A stretch of 62,900 nucleotides of DNA, the filler included, from Pelomyxa schiedti (Eukaryota; Protista; Evosea), in the NCBI GenBank assembly GCA_020536535.1. It is 5 parts of 5 records of this genome, joined end to end, with 100 filler letters (N's around TTAATTAATTAA, not from the genome) between each part and the next. Parts side by side here need not be neighbours in the genome. Positions count along the whole stretch, not along the records: positions 1 to 29,703 come from JAHLWZ010001009.1; 4 more parts are not named here. One strand, given 5' to 3'. Below are positions 11,801 through 24,395 of this stretch, piece after piece (positions within the stretch are counted from its first letter, which is position 1; each line of letters starts with the position of its first letter). Under the pieces are notes generated by a model, which saw only the letters and a program-made list of their open reading frames with translations, searched no databases and was not told the origin of the DNA. The translations under genes were made by a program, and so were the position numbers.

Positions 11801-13881
11801 TGCTTGATCCGAAGGTATTATTAAACGTGTAGTACGGCTACCAACAGAGATAGATGTCTGATACCGAAGAAGATGAAACAACAAGTAATTATATTCTTCA
11901 ACACTATGCCCGCTATGCACCACACAGGCTATCAACAATTGTATTGGATTCTTGGTTGTCCACTTGCTCCCAAGTTGCTTCCCACTCGTTCGGCGTCCTC
12001 CTCACACTACCTAGCATTCAGCACTACTTCTGCTTCAGCATATTGGAACCACTGGAAATACCTCACTGTCTCGAAGTCAGGCCCCGCGCACACAACCTCC
12101 CACTTCCACTCCATCAGGGACAATGTCTCTGCCTCCCTCTTTAAATGAACTATCACCCAAGGACTACTTTGCTAAGTCACTCTTGCATCTTGATGTTAAT
12201 CAGCTAGAGGAAGCACAATTTTGCATGACGTGCATCGATCCTGACAATCTCATTACATTTTGTGAGGACAACGCAGCACTCCTTGGTTCCCCAAATCCTG
12301 ACGCGCAAGGTTCTCACAAGACTACTTTGCAAATCTGATTCTTTGCAGAATTTGTGCAACCCCCACTACCACGTCTTCTGCGGCTTGTTGCTCCCTATGT
12401 ACTCTTAGAGTTGGCTGTCAAGTAAGTCTCTTCAGTTATTTCTACTCCTTAATTTATCCTTTTAGGCTTGGTCCTGACAAGATAACATATATGTCCCTTA
12501 TGAAGAATGATGACCGCATAACGAGACAATGGACAAAATCTACTCGCAGACAGACAATGCCCCTCGAATCTCTTCCATCATTGCCCTTGGACTACCAGGA
12601 AGATTGGTGCGTGAGCTCCTTTATTTCCTCTTACTCACTTTTACAGTTTTCTTCTTATGTGTTACTTTGAAGCGTTCCTTAAGGAATTAATACCCAACAC
12701 CAATGTTCCACGCGACAAAGCCGAAATATCCGTCAAACTTGGTTCTCTATATCTACACCATGTTAACAGCAATCACAAGGCACAATGCCCCTTGCCGTTA
12801 GAAACAATCAAATCTGTTTCAGATCAAGTGAACCAGGGCACCTTTTTCAAGTGTGCTTTGAAATCCTTAAGTTGTCATCAAGCACTCAGTTAAAATAAGG
12901 AAGTGGCTCAACTTTCATCACACAACATTTATGGAGAGACCAGTGTGGCTCCAAGTGCTACCTCCATTCGAAGATCCTGCCTATGTTCCTTTTGCAGAGC
13001 ATGCGTTAAATTACGACTATTTTTATGTTGCTAAATTGCAGGTCTAAACAAAGATAACTGAAAGAAATACTTCCCTGACATTATTTAGGGTCTTGTTATT
13101 TCTGGTCACATATTGGATTCAGCATGGCTCTGTTTGCCTCTCTTGGCGCAACTGCAAGATACAGCTGGTCAGTTGGAACCTTTTGTTCTGAACTATCTTG
13201 TTGCTCTATACTACTTACTTATGCCTCTTTCATCCAAGTAACTTTCACTCCAAATCTTCGTCGAAACTCAAATGAATAAGATACACTCCTGTCGAGTCAA
13301 TTTCCGCAATGGTTTATACATTCCCAGGGATTTCTCTCGAATTTGGACAGCAGTTTTGCAAACAAGTGGATTGAACTTTCTTAGCCGTATAACAGACTAA
13401 ATTTGGTTCACAACAGGACGAACATTGGAAGGTACTGCTGAACACTCTCATCAGTATTATTTCAGACACCAAACCACCAAAACTTCCCCCGTTTTATGCC
13501 CCACCCACGCCAAGCCCCCACCTTGCAATGTCACCAAAGCTGCCGATTCTACAGGCCTCAACATCACCCACCACCAACACCCAAAGCGCCGCAGAAACCA
13601 AGACACCCACACACTATTCCCACGACAAGACCAACGTGCACAATGTCTACAGCAAGATATTAGAATTCCTTGCTGCAACAATGGACACTGCCACATTTGT
13701 AACTATGCTACCCCCAAGTATGTCCCTCCCATTTCTGCAAGCAGACAACAACCCTAACTCTATTCTGGTAGATGGCAATTTGGCCTACTTCCTGCCTTAC
13801 ATTGAAGTTGCATTCCAGAAAAAAGCAGCCTCCAGACTCACCCAACAAATGCACCAACAACTCACAAACAACACACCCTAA
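8865..13881 (+). CDS. HPS3: BLOC-2 subunit HPS3-like protein, many exons
   Basis: N-terminal Q-x-V-x4-EP, D-x-IITIEK...RLYFNWR and VVELPL segments, plus C-terminal FVTMLP-DGNLAYFLPY, match recalled HPS3 conserved blocks. Confidence 0.7.
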
Positions 13882-14137
13882 CTGCCCAAGCCCATAATCC
13901 TCCATCACATCAACCCAACGTCCACTATTACCTCATCACACGCCTAGAACGACCCTGGCACCCAGATTCCCCCACGTTTCCTCAATTTTACCAATTAACC
14001 CGAATTTTTTTCCTCCCATCAATTACGAATTGAAAAGAGAGGAAGAAGAAAAAAAAACCCCACAAGAAGAAAAAAAAGGAAAACAAGATCGGGGGCCGCG
14101 ACAGATAAATACCGCTGTAGTACGACAACACACGTTG

Positions 14138-14693
<556 letters not shown>

Positions 14694-14831
14694 ATGAGTG
14701 TTTAAGTTGAAAGAAATACTTGTATTTACCAGTTTTTTTAATGCCTTTTTGTTTTAAATCCCGCACTTGACTTTTTGGTAAAATGCGTTGTAGTTTTTAG
14801 GGTGTTGTTGCCAGGTTTAGTTTCATTTTGC

Positions 14832-16668
14832 CTATTCAGCCAAGTCTTCAGGTTGGTTTCTGCCAACAGAACCATCATCCCCACCTCTTCTTCCCCTTGC
14901 TCTGCCCCTGCCTCGGCCCCTACCCCTCCCGTCCCCTCTCCCTCTTCCTCTGCCTCTCCATTCGCTGCCCTCATCGTTATCTCCCCCTCCTCCCCCTCCC
15001 CTTCCCCCTCTCCCTCTGCCTCCTCCTCCTCCTCGCCCTCCCCTGCCTCTGTACTGGCCCCCTCCTCTGCCTCTCCACCCCCCGCTCTCCTCGCCGCCTG
15101 CCGCGGGAGTGTCCGTGGCAGTGCCGCCTCCGCAGCAAGCTAATCCCCGCATGAATCGCTCAGCGTTGTTGGCCGGCCCCGTGCCGCCCCTGGCTCCCCA
15201 GCCCCCCCCTCGCCCTCTCATCACCTGCGCCACCGGGCTCTCTGCCTCCCCTCGTATGACCCTGCGCCAGTCGAACGCCTCCGTGTTGGCGTAGGCGGCG
15301 GCAGTGGAGTTCTCCTGGTCGCCCTCGGCTCCCCTGGCCCCGTAGTTGTAGCTGCCCCACCCGCGGTCGACTCCGCGGGTCATGCGGCGCCTCCCGATGT
15401 ATATCTTGGTGGGTATCTTGCCTCTTGTGGCGGCCTGTGCAGCGGAAGTAGCCGGCTTGAGAGGCCTGGAGAGTTCACGTGGCTTTGGCTTCTGTGGGCA
15501 CAGCATCTTTGTGTGGCCTGCTGCGCCGCACTGGCTACACACTGTGGCAGAATGCCCTAGGCAATGTTAAGGGGCACGAATTCTGTGGAAATAGAAAGTT
15601 CAAGGTATACCATCTCCAATCAGTGGCTTCGGGCAGTTATCTCTGTTGTGATCCTTCTCTCCACAGTTCCAACAGGTCAAATCAGAGGAAATATATGGTT
15701 TCTTTTTGGTAATCTCTACAATGAGGTTCCTGAATCCAAAAGTTTTTCTGTTGTAGAGATAGATGATGTTCTTGGCTGCATGCAAGCTGCCCAACTCAAT
15801 AAACGCAAACCTTTGTCACATTAACCGCTGTGGAAAATGAAAGCGTGGGTTTGGGTTTGCACACCCTCTATTTGTACCAGGTTTGTCCATAGATGGAAGC
15901 ACCCGAATGTTTAAAACTTTTGGTACATCATGGAAACGTTTCTTTAAGTCGTCTGCCGTATACTCTGGCGGAATATTCTTGACTATGACAGTTGTTGGAA
16001 TATCAGGTTCAGCTTCCGGCGGACCTCTCTTCTTTCCAGCAAGAGTCTAACATGACACGTTAGAACAAGTTAAGATGGAATTAAATATGATTCTAGATTT
16101 AATAGCACAAACTCTTGTACAATTGCCCTACCTCGTCATTGGAATCTTCACTATCCTCCCCCCCCTGTGCGTTGGACTCATCTTCCTCTTTCTCTTTATC
16201 CTTATCATCATTAGTTGTGCCGGTTGTGCCGGGTTTCTCAGATTCCTCCTGGTGGTCTCGTCCTTCACCCTGTGTCTCCGATGCGGACTTGGTAGTGGGT
16301 TTGGTCTTGGACTTTGCATCTCTCTCGCGCTCGTTCACCTTGTCATTAGGCCCAGTCAAGGAAGCTGCTGCTGCTGCTGCTGCTTGTGATAATGACTCAG
16401 GGATTGGAGGGGCAGGGGATGGTGATGTCGCCGGCATGCTTCCGCAAGGGATGAAGTCCGCGCCATCAGAAAATAGAACGAAATTGGAGGCCATAGCGGC
16501 AATCTCCTGCAGCTGGCGTGTGGCCTTGTCCATGTTCCTCGCGATGTCCGCTCCATCACCAACGTCGACGCCCCTGCTGCCGCCGCTACCAATTGCGCCA
16601 CGACTGCTACTCGTGGGGGGTGGTAGATTTTCGTTGTTGGCAGCTGCGACGTCACTAGAACCGGGCAC
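14832..16668 (-). CDS. RNA-binding protein: RRM, two CCHC zinc knuckles and an RGG-rich tail (start uncertain)
   Basis: RNP2-like VIVKNIP, RNP1-like GFAFIEL, CWNCGEKDHNRDNC, CSQCGAAGHTKMLC, RGG repeats. Confidence 0.8.
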
Positions 16669-17081
16669 ACACCCGACCCTGACTGTGGTCCGAGTGAGAA
16701 ACGATAAGAAAAACTAAAGGAGGATGCGTGCACACTCTTTTTTGAGGCACGGCCCAAGTGCATCGTTCGCCCCGACGTCGGTCGTTCTTAATTTATCTGT
16801 TAATTATTTGTTCCCTTTCAGAAATGATGAGATGCGGGTGACCCTGGGTCTCAGCCCCGTACGAGGGAAAAAAAAAGTGTTTTTACTGCGTAGCTGCACG
16901 GTAGCTATCCTAAACTTGTGTGGTGTTGTGGGATTTGAGGGCACGCCATCCCCTGCAGCTTAACCACGTTGCCTTTAATTTTGTAAGTAGAGAAAAAGGG
17001 TGGTGGTTGCATTACTGTCTTTCGGGTTACACCTCTTTCGACAGGTATTTCCGCGTATTCCCAAGTTTCAGCTTCAGCGAT

Positions 17082-17592
17082 AGTAATTAATCGTTGGCTG
17101 AACTACTTACTGGGTTTGATCTTCTGAACTTGCCCCCGATTTTGCTCCAGTAGTAGGTAGTTGTTGTTGGTATGAATCCCGCTTCTCCTCCCAAGAGTAT
17201 TCCCTCACCAGTAAACACCACACTTCACACTCCAACTCCCGCACTTGCACTTTGGCAACCCACTTGCTTGCTTACTTGCATGCTTTGCTGCCCGGCCAAA
17301 TATACTAGTTGGATTTTGGCTTTTGAAAGGGAATCGCCCTCACAATCACCCTCACTGAGTGAGGGTGGTGCTGAGCACAAGAGGCTCATTCCCCATTTTA
17401 TCCCCCGCTGGGATTGAGTGCTCTGGAAACGGCCTAGATATCAAGCAAAGTGAGAGTAATTAATAGTTGGCTGAACTACTTACTGGGTTTGATCTTCTGA
17501 ACTTGCCCCCGATTTTGCTCCAGTAGTAGGTAGTTGTTGTTGGTATGAATCCCGCTTCTCTTCCCAAGAGTATTCCCTCACCAGTAAACACC
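17082..17592. repeat. Two near-identical 138-bp direct repeats (17082-17219 and 17455-17592) with a 235-bp spacer
   Basis: Direct comparison shows identity except for about 2 substitutions. Confidence 0.9.
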
Positions 17593-17887
17593 GAGTATGC
17601 TGGACTCTGACGACAACGCACTCCCCACAACAATGTAAGATCTGACGCATGTGTCGCCTACGCTGCGCTGTCGGTTTATTTGGTTTTATTGAATAAAATT
17701 AAGGAGTAAAATCATAATTTGAGGTAAAAAGCGCAAAAAAAGTTTCCCTTTTATTGGGACTTCCCAGAGTATTGGACTGAGGAACCAACCTGGACCCGGC
17801 TGGTCCTGGAGACTCCCAATTACGGATAGCACAGTAACTGGTCGTGGTTGACTTTAATACAACTCAAAGTCATAAGCAAATTTGCTG

Positions 17888-18622
17888 TTAGGTGGCTTGT
17901 GCTGTGTATATTTTTTTACCGTAGGAGAAGGGAAGATATCTGTGCCTAATCATGTGTTTTATCTGATTCTTAAGTGTCATGGTTCTATTAGAGGAATATA
18001 AGAACAAGAAAGCTGGGAGTTCTACATACGCAAGTGATAGAAAATACATAAGAAGTGCTGGCCAAAAAACGGGTATGTCAAAGATTGGGAAGTAGGTGCA
18101 ACCAAATGCAATATATATGGAAAATGTTGCATTGCTCCTTGTTGTAGGTTTGAGAGTGATTTGGAATTTGACTGAAAAAATACCAAAACTTAATCTCAGG
18201 TATTTGACGCTGGTATGGTCGAAATTCGTCGTCTACAGTAATGCTCCGCGGCCCACCATCTGCAGAGTCAGGGTCCACTTGTGGAGACAAAAAGCCAATG
18301 AAGAGGTTAAGTAGGTATATACCTGTAGCAAGAGGAAATATGAGGTCAATTGGTGTTGGCAACGCATTTTTCTAATTACTATTGGAATACCCAGCACATA
18401 AGTGACAACATAGAAGCCCTGCAAAACCAACACCACCCTTATCAAGTACAACACAGCCAGAAAGGCAGTCACAAGCCACCTCAGGCCCAAATGCGGCGTC
18501 ACAGCATCAACTATCTTCTGAGCCCTCGCCGTCACGGTGTATCTCACTCTATACACAAACCCCCATGCGGGTTGTTCATCAGTCTCCTGTGAGTCACTCT
18601 GGGGACTCACTTCCGCTGCCAT
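17888..18622 (-). CDS. RER1: ER retrieval protein RER1
   Basis: [56 protein letters not shown]. Confidence 0.95.
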
Positions 18623-18940
18623 GTGTGCCCGTGATGAGCGTGAGAATCAATATTTTCAGTCAAATGCTGGACGGTCCCCCCTCGGTTTTTGATCAGTACC
18701 TGCATTCCCACACCACCCCCATCGACCAAGCTGGCAGTTCTGAGCACTGTCTCATTTCTAGTCAAAAACATCTAGGTGGCCTCCTGCCTGGTGAAGTCCC
18801 TTGGGCAACAGTGAACGCAACAACACCCAGAAAGATAGAATCACAATGCAATATCGTGAATCAAATAATAATGGTATCATTGGATAAGCTTTTGTTACAT
18901 TGCTATTGGTTCTTGCGTGGGTATATACAGCCTTACAAGG

Positions 18941-19303
18941 TCAAAGTTCTTGAGCCTCGTACGTATCCGAGTCAAAATATCGCCCTCGGGTTTGTGGAAC
19001 TTGGGGTGCAGGGTCTGGGGGTTCGAGAACTGGCCGTCCAGTGGTCGGGCAAGCAGGCGCAACAGGGCGGAAGAGGTCCGTCTCCCGGCTGCCGATTGGG
19101 GTAATCAGGATCGGAAGGGCCGTGTCATTGCGCCGTTGGCAGCGGCAGCCGTACTTGGCCAGGTCCGCGGTGGGGCAGTACGTCTCATGACAAACCGAGC
19201 ACCACGTGGTACCGCCCCCTGTCGCAGTGGTGAAAGGGGGGGCCGGCGATGGCGACGAGGGTTCTGGTTTGCCCGTCGGTTCCTTGGTGGCAGTTGAGCC
19301 CAT
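18941..19303 (-). CDS. Small hypothetical Pro/Cys-rich protein, possible N-myristoylation (MGSTATK)
   Basis: GC-rich ORF between RER1 and thioredoxin; no recognised domain. Confidence 0.3.
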   Translation of the reverse strand: MGSTATKEPTGKPEPSSPSPAPPFTTATGGGTTWCSVCHETYCPTADLAKYGCRCQRRNDTALPILITPIGSRETDLFRPVAPACPTTGRPVLEPPDPAPQVPQTRGRYFDSDTYEAQEL

Positions 19304-19431
19304 CGTTTGCGTTTGATGATAAAAACTTAACAAATTGGGCTGGGCACCCCCCCGAGGTTGTCAAACTGTTGACACCTGTTTGTACGAAAAAAAAGCCGCT
19401 TTTCAAAGAAATTCACATCGGGTGGCCGAGG

Positions 19432-20422
19432 ATGCTGAGTGCGGCCTCCTCTTCCGTGGTACAACAACAGTGTTTGCTAGCCTCGCCGTTGCACACAACC
19501 ATCGGCTGCAGGCGCACTGCCCCCTGCAGTGTGGGCCAGGACAACGCGGCTCGCGGCCGCGTCGCTTTGTACCACTCCTCCCCTACGGCGCTGCCTCGCA
19601 GGTTCGGGACCCGTGACCTGGACCTGTGGCCCACAGAGGCACTCGTTGTTGGGTGCCTCCCTCCGGTGCACGTGCCTCGGCCCCAGTCGCGAGGCGCCCA
19701 CTTGCACACGCAACCCCAGGCACAGGCACCAGAGACCAAGGTGGACCCCATGTCTGGGCCCCAGAATTTGAAGGAGTGTGTTGGAGAGGCACAGTTCAAG
19801 GAGCTAGTCATGGACAAGTGTGCCTTTGGGTTTTTTTTTTTTTTTAATTTTTTCCCCCTTTTTGCGGGTGTTGTGTGTGTTGCGGTTTATTTGTTTGGGA
19901 ATTAATTTCGAATAACATTGTTTTCCTAAATGCCTTTTCAAGCATGGAGAACCCTGTTGTTGTTGATTTTTATGAGGTACACACTATCACTGGAACTATC
20001 TATCTTCTTTAACTTTTTTTTTTTTTCTTGCTTGTGCCTACAATAGGTTTGGTGCGGCCCATGTCGAAGTATATGTCTTTCTCACTGATCCCACAACTCA
20101 ATTGAATCAGAGATGGGCTTGCATATTGAACAGTTAGCAAATGAGAACCCTTCTGTCAGTTTTGTCAAAGTTCAACTGAAACTTAACAAAGTGGGTTCAC
20201 TTTACTCAGAAGTTTCCCTAATTCCATAAAGGAGCTGACCAAAAAATACCAGCTAAGTTCCATTCCAACATTGTTTTTCATTTCAAGAGGACAAATCGTT
20301 GCGGTCCGCTTCTATGCCTTTCATCTAATTCCTGACCTCCGTTACAGAAAATGATTGGAGCCGATATGAACGAACTACAAACACAATTCCAAATTTTACT
20401 GCAACACCACCAAGGAGCCTAA
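19432..20422 (+). CDS. Thioredoxin (WCGPC) with possible N-terminal extension of about 105 aa (alternative start at 19750)
   Basis: Spliced exons give PVVVDFYE-VWCGPC...FVKV...SIPTLFF...GA. Confidence 0.9.
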
Positions 20423-20478
20423 AGAAAAAAAGAAAAATTTCAAAACAAAAAAGTCTTTTGACTTCAACAGGTTTTTCT

Positions 20479-23400
20479 TTAGTCTCTCCTTTCCACAAGA
20501 AGGTAACTTAGAGCTTTGAGAATGGTCCCATCACTCATTGGACACAACAGTACCCCAGATAACTCCTGTGCCAAAAGTGCTTGAAACTTAGTGAGACTTC
20601 CACCAGGGAGTCCATGTTGACATTGTGGGAGAAATGGTTCCAATGGGGCATGGTCTCGGAGAACACATGGTGATATAGCCCGGAACCAGTTTTCATGGTC
20701 AAGCCACTTGATTCCTCCATTTGTGTTTGATTCCACGAATTTTGCGGCAACTTCTATTAGGTGTGAGAATGATACATTGGAGAACCGGAGGTCAATAATG
20801 ATTCCTCCAGCTCTTGACTCGAGCTCTTTTGGGTTTCTTAATGCACACTTGGAGATGATGTCTGCACATGCATCCACTGGAATCATGGTTATGCCGTATT
20901 CCACCTGCGGTGATGAGACCTGGGAACTTCGCGTTGAGTGATTGGGAAGTGCGGATTCGGGGAAGAGTCTGTAAGTGACAATTGAGTGCAATAACCTCCA
21001 CAGTGTATCCCGGGAGTTGCATTTTCCAGTTGTGCTGTTTGGTCCTAAGAGTGGTGACCTGTATATAAATACTTGGAGAGCAGGAAATTCAGTTTTGGCT
21101 CTCTGAAGTAACGAGTCTGAAACCCATTTACTTTGGGCATAACCAGAACCTTGTTCCTCGCTAGTGCCAATAGCGTATACAGCCGCGGATGAGACATAGT
21201 GCAGCGTCTTGGTGGGGTATGTGCAAACACACAATTCCACTATTTGCAACAATCCTCCAACATTGGAAGTGTACAAATCGCGCAATGGGAGGAGATGGTT
21301 GACACATGCCGCAGTGTGTATGACCACATCTACCTCACGTTGTAGTAATTCATATTCTTGCTCTTTTAGGCCAAGGTTCTTCTTCCTAATATCACCAAGA
21401 AGAAATTTCACTTGTTCATTCCCAGAACAGGGAACTCTTTTTGTCAGGCAGTAAATAGTAGCAGAAGGGAAAGCTTTAAGAACCGAGGGTATAAGCTGTG
21501 AACCAAGGAACCCCTGTGCCCCAGTAATAAGTACACCTTTTCTTTGGGGTTCTGTACTGGAGGAAGCCAGATTCTTGTTCAACTGAAGGCGGGCTTTTAG
21601 AGTTGACCACTCTTTCTCCAAGGTAGCTTTAAAGTCATCGGCCAGTTTTGGTGCTGTTTCCATACTCCCGCATCTAAGTCGGTGATTTAGCTCAGTAATG
21701 GAAGATGTTGTGAGATCGTCAAAAGAGATATCAATAGATAAAGCCCTCAACTCAGTTAAAAGCCTCACAGCAGAAAAGGAGCTTCCTCCGGCTTCCAGTA
21801 GGGTAAGATCTTGTGCTCCCGTTTCGCACCCTTTGAATGCAGTGTGCAGTACTTGATCGAGGTAAAGAGAGCGTATGATTTGCTGGTATTTTTGGTAAAT
21901 ATATCGCCGATTCAATTTTCCTGCAGGAGTGAGGCACTGATTTTCAGCAGTCCATTGCGCATCATGCGCTTCAATGTGGAATGCACAAGGTACTTCACAA
22001 TTCCTGAGCCCGAGAATATTGAGCTGCTTACTCAAATAATCTACTGTCACGTTCTGATTCCAGTTAGTGAGATAAAATAAATTACCGAAAATGTCAAACC
22101 ATTTGACTACGTGAAGAAGGAACAATGATCGCAACGGTTCTTGGCTTTGAAGAGTCGGCATAAGCTACAGCTTGGTGAACGCCATCAATTGTCAGAATCC
22201 CTTGTTCAATGTGCTCTAAAGCCACGAACTCACCACCACTCAGTTTCACAACGTTGTTCTTTCTATCAATAACGCGAACACAACCAGGGGAGTATATCTC
22301 GCCAATATCGCCTGTATGGAACCATCCATCACTATCAAATACAATTCTCTCTTGAGATAGGTAACGCTTGCACCGTGCCTCAGAGATTTGAATCAAAATC
22401 TCCCCTTGAGGTGGATTTCCATTTGCAAAGTATTCTTTGAATACAAATTATTTTGAAAGAAAAGATTATGAGGCAATACCAAGTTCCGGAATCGATATTA
22501 GCTTCACTGGTGTTGTTAATCTTCCATTCAAAGCTATTGATCCAGCTTCAGTTGTTCCATATCCCTCATTCACAGGAATTTTCAGAACTTTTCTCAGGAA
22601 TCTCAACAAGTTATCCGTTACAGGCGCAGAGGAAACTTTCACACTGCATACTCTCCCTCCAAGAGCACGGTTACGGATCTGCTTGCGGGCTGCCACTTTT
22701 CCTTCAGCTTTATCCCCCACATAAGACTGTTTCAACGAGCGATACAACTCATGAATTGTATGACACAGCAGAGGCACGGCAACAAGGGTGGTAGGACGAA
22801 CGATTGCGGTCGTATCAAGGACTGAAGGAGCGTGCGGTGTAAATACTATCCTTCCACCATTAAATAGCGATGTGTACAAGTCGGTCCTTCCAGCTATATG
22901 GCACAAAGGGAGGTATCCATGAAGAACGCACAATTTCAAAGGAAGTGATAATTTGAGGTGCTCAAGCCATGCAGAGTCATCAAAAATAGCACCTCTCGGT
23001 GTTCCAGTGCTGCCACTTGTGTAGACAACTGTCAATGTATCCACAGGTTTTGCTGGCTTTGGGTGGAAAGGCATCATTCTTAAGTGCACTGGAATTTCCT
23101 GCAGAGAATTAAGTAATTCAAAGTGACACAAGGAAAACACCTCACATAACTGGTCAAGCAAAGTGATCGTATGTGTTGAAGGTGCAGAGAATTTTGGAGG
23201 TGCATTGCAGAGCACTACGCGAACGCCCATTGGTATCAATCCTGATAACTATCTTCATGTCAATGGAAGAAGGGATCAGAGAAAGTGAGAACCTTCTCCA
23301 ATAATGTAGCCTCGAGAAATAATACACTCAAATTCGCCCCACATCTCATGAGGGCTTGGAATTCATCAACTGAAAGTGTTGGGGAAATGGGGACAGATAC

Positions 23401-24280
23401 ATATGACTGGAAAATGCAGGCAAAGTCTATGGCTGCCCATAACCCAGAATTATGCAAGCATATACCAACAAATTGGCCACGCTGCATCCCTGCGTGTGCC
23501 AAGCCGAGAGAAATATCAACAGAAAGTGAATGTATGGCACCATATGTTTGCCAGTTGATCGAAACTGAATTTGGAGGTATTTCCCCGACAAAGTATCGTT
23601 GTTTGTAATGTGTCAAACATTCATGCACTACTTCGGCACAACTCTTCTTGGCAGAAATTTCAGATTTAATAGCCCAGCGAGGTAATTCCTGGGGGTAGAA
23701 GAAGTCTACACCTCCTTGTGATAACATGTTATATTTTTGTTGTGAGCGTGTAGGTACCATGTCTGTGGCTGCCTTTGCCACTGGAATAGCACTGAGAGCA
23801 CACACAGTACTCAAAGCAGTCACCACAGGAGTATTTACGGAATTCACCAAAGAAGCTTGCAGAACACTGCATGCATTCCCCAGGTTCTCTAAAGTTTTCG
23901 ATCCTTTCGGGATGCTTTTTCTTCATCCTCATTTGTAGCCTGGAATTCTCCTTCTCGGCCGGAGTTGGCTCCAACTCTATAGGAATCACTTTCGTCAGTT
24001 ACAACACAACGGGTATGAGCCCGGCACCTACTGAGATGAGGAGGGCTTGGCATCTCAACATGCGAATGAGGATCATTTTTCTCAGGAACAGAAGCTGACA
24101 ATAACTTGGGGCCAACATCCCCACGACCGGTGGAGAACACAATTCCACTCCTTTTCATCCTACGAACCAACATTTCCAACTTTTCTTCTGCAAATTTTGT
24201 TGGAACAAAGCTTGTTGGGACGACAACAACAAAAGAAAGCAGCACACAATTTACCTGTGGTCAAGGGTCTCGACCACCAT
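20479..24280 (-). CDS. Carboxylic-acid-reductase-like NRPS-like enzyme (adenylation, thiolation, thioester reductase) with an N-terminal ZZ-type zinc finger; start uncertain
   Basis: A domain YTSGSTGTPRG, GYGTTEAG, FHTGDI, DRKNNVVKLSGGEFV; T domain GGSSFSA; R domain ITGAQGFLG and GYAQSKW; ZZ-like CxxC...CxxCxxxxxCxxC...HxH joined in frame by a GT-AG intron. Confidence 0.85.
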
Positions 24281-24395
24281 TTCACGTAAACGATGACCGT
24301 GAATATTGCCGTTGCTACGGTAATCAGCACCAAAACCCACATTGTTTTTCTTTCAGAAAAATTGTTTTTTTCATGGACGAGCAAGAGATTCGGCC

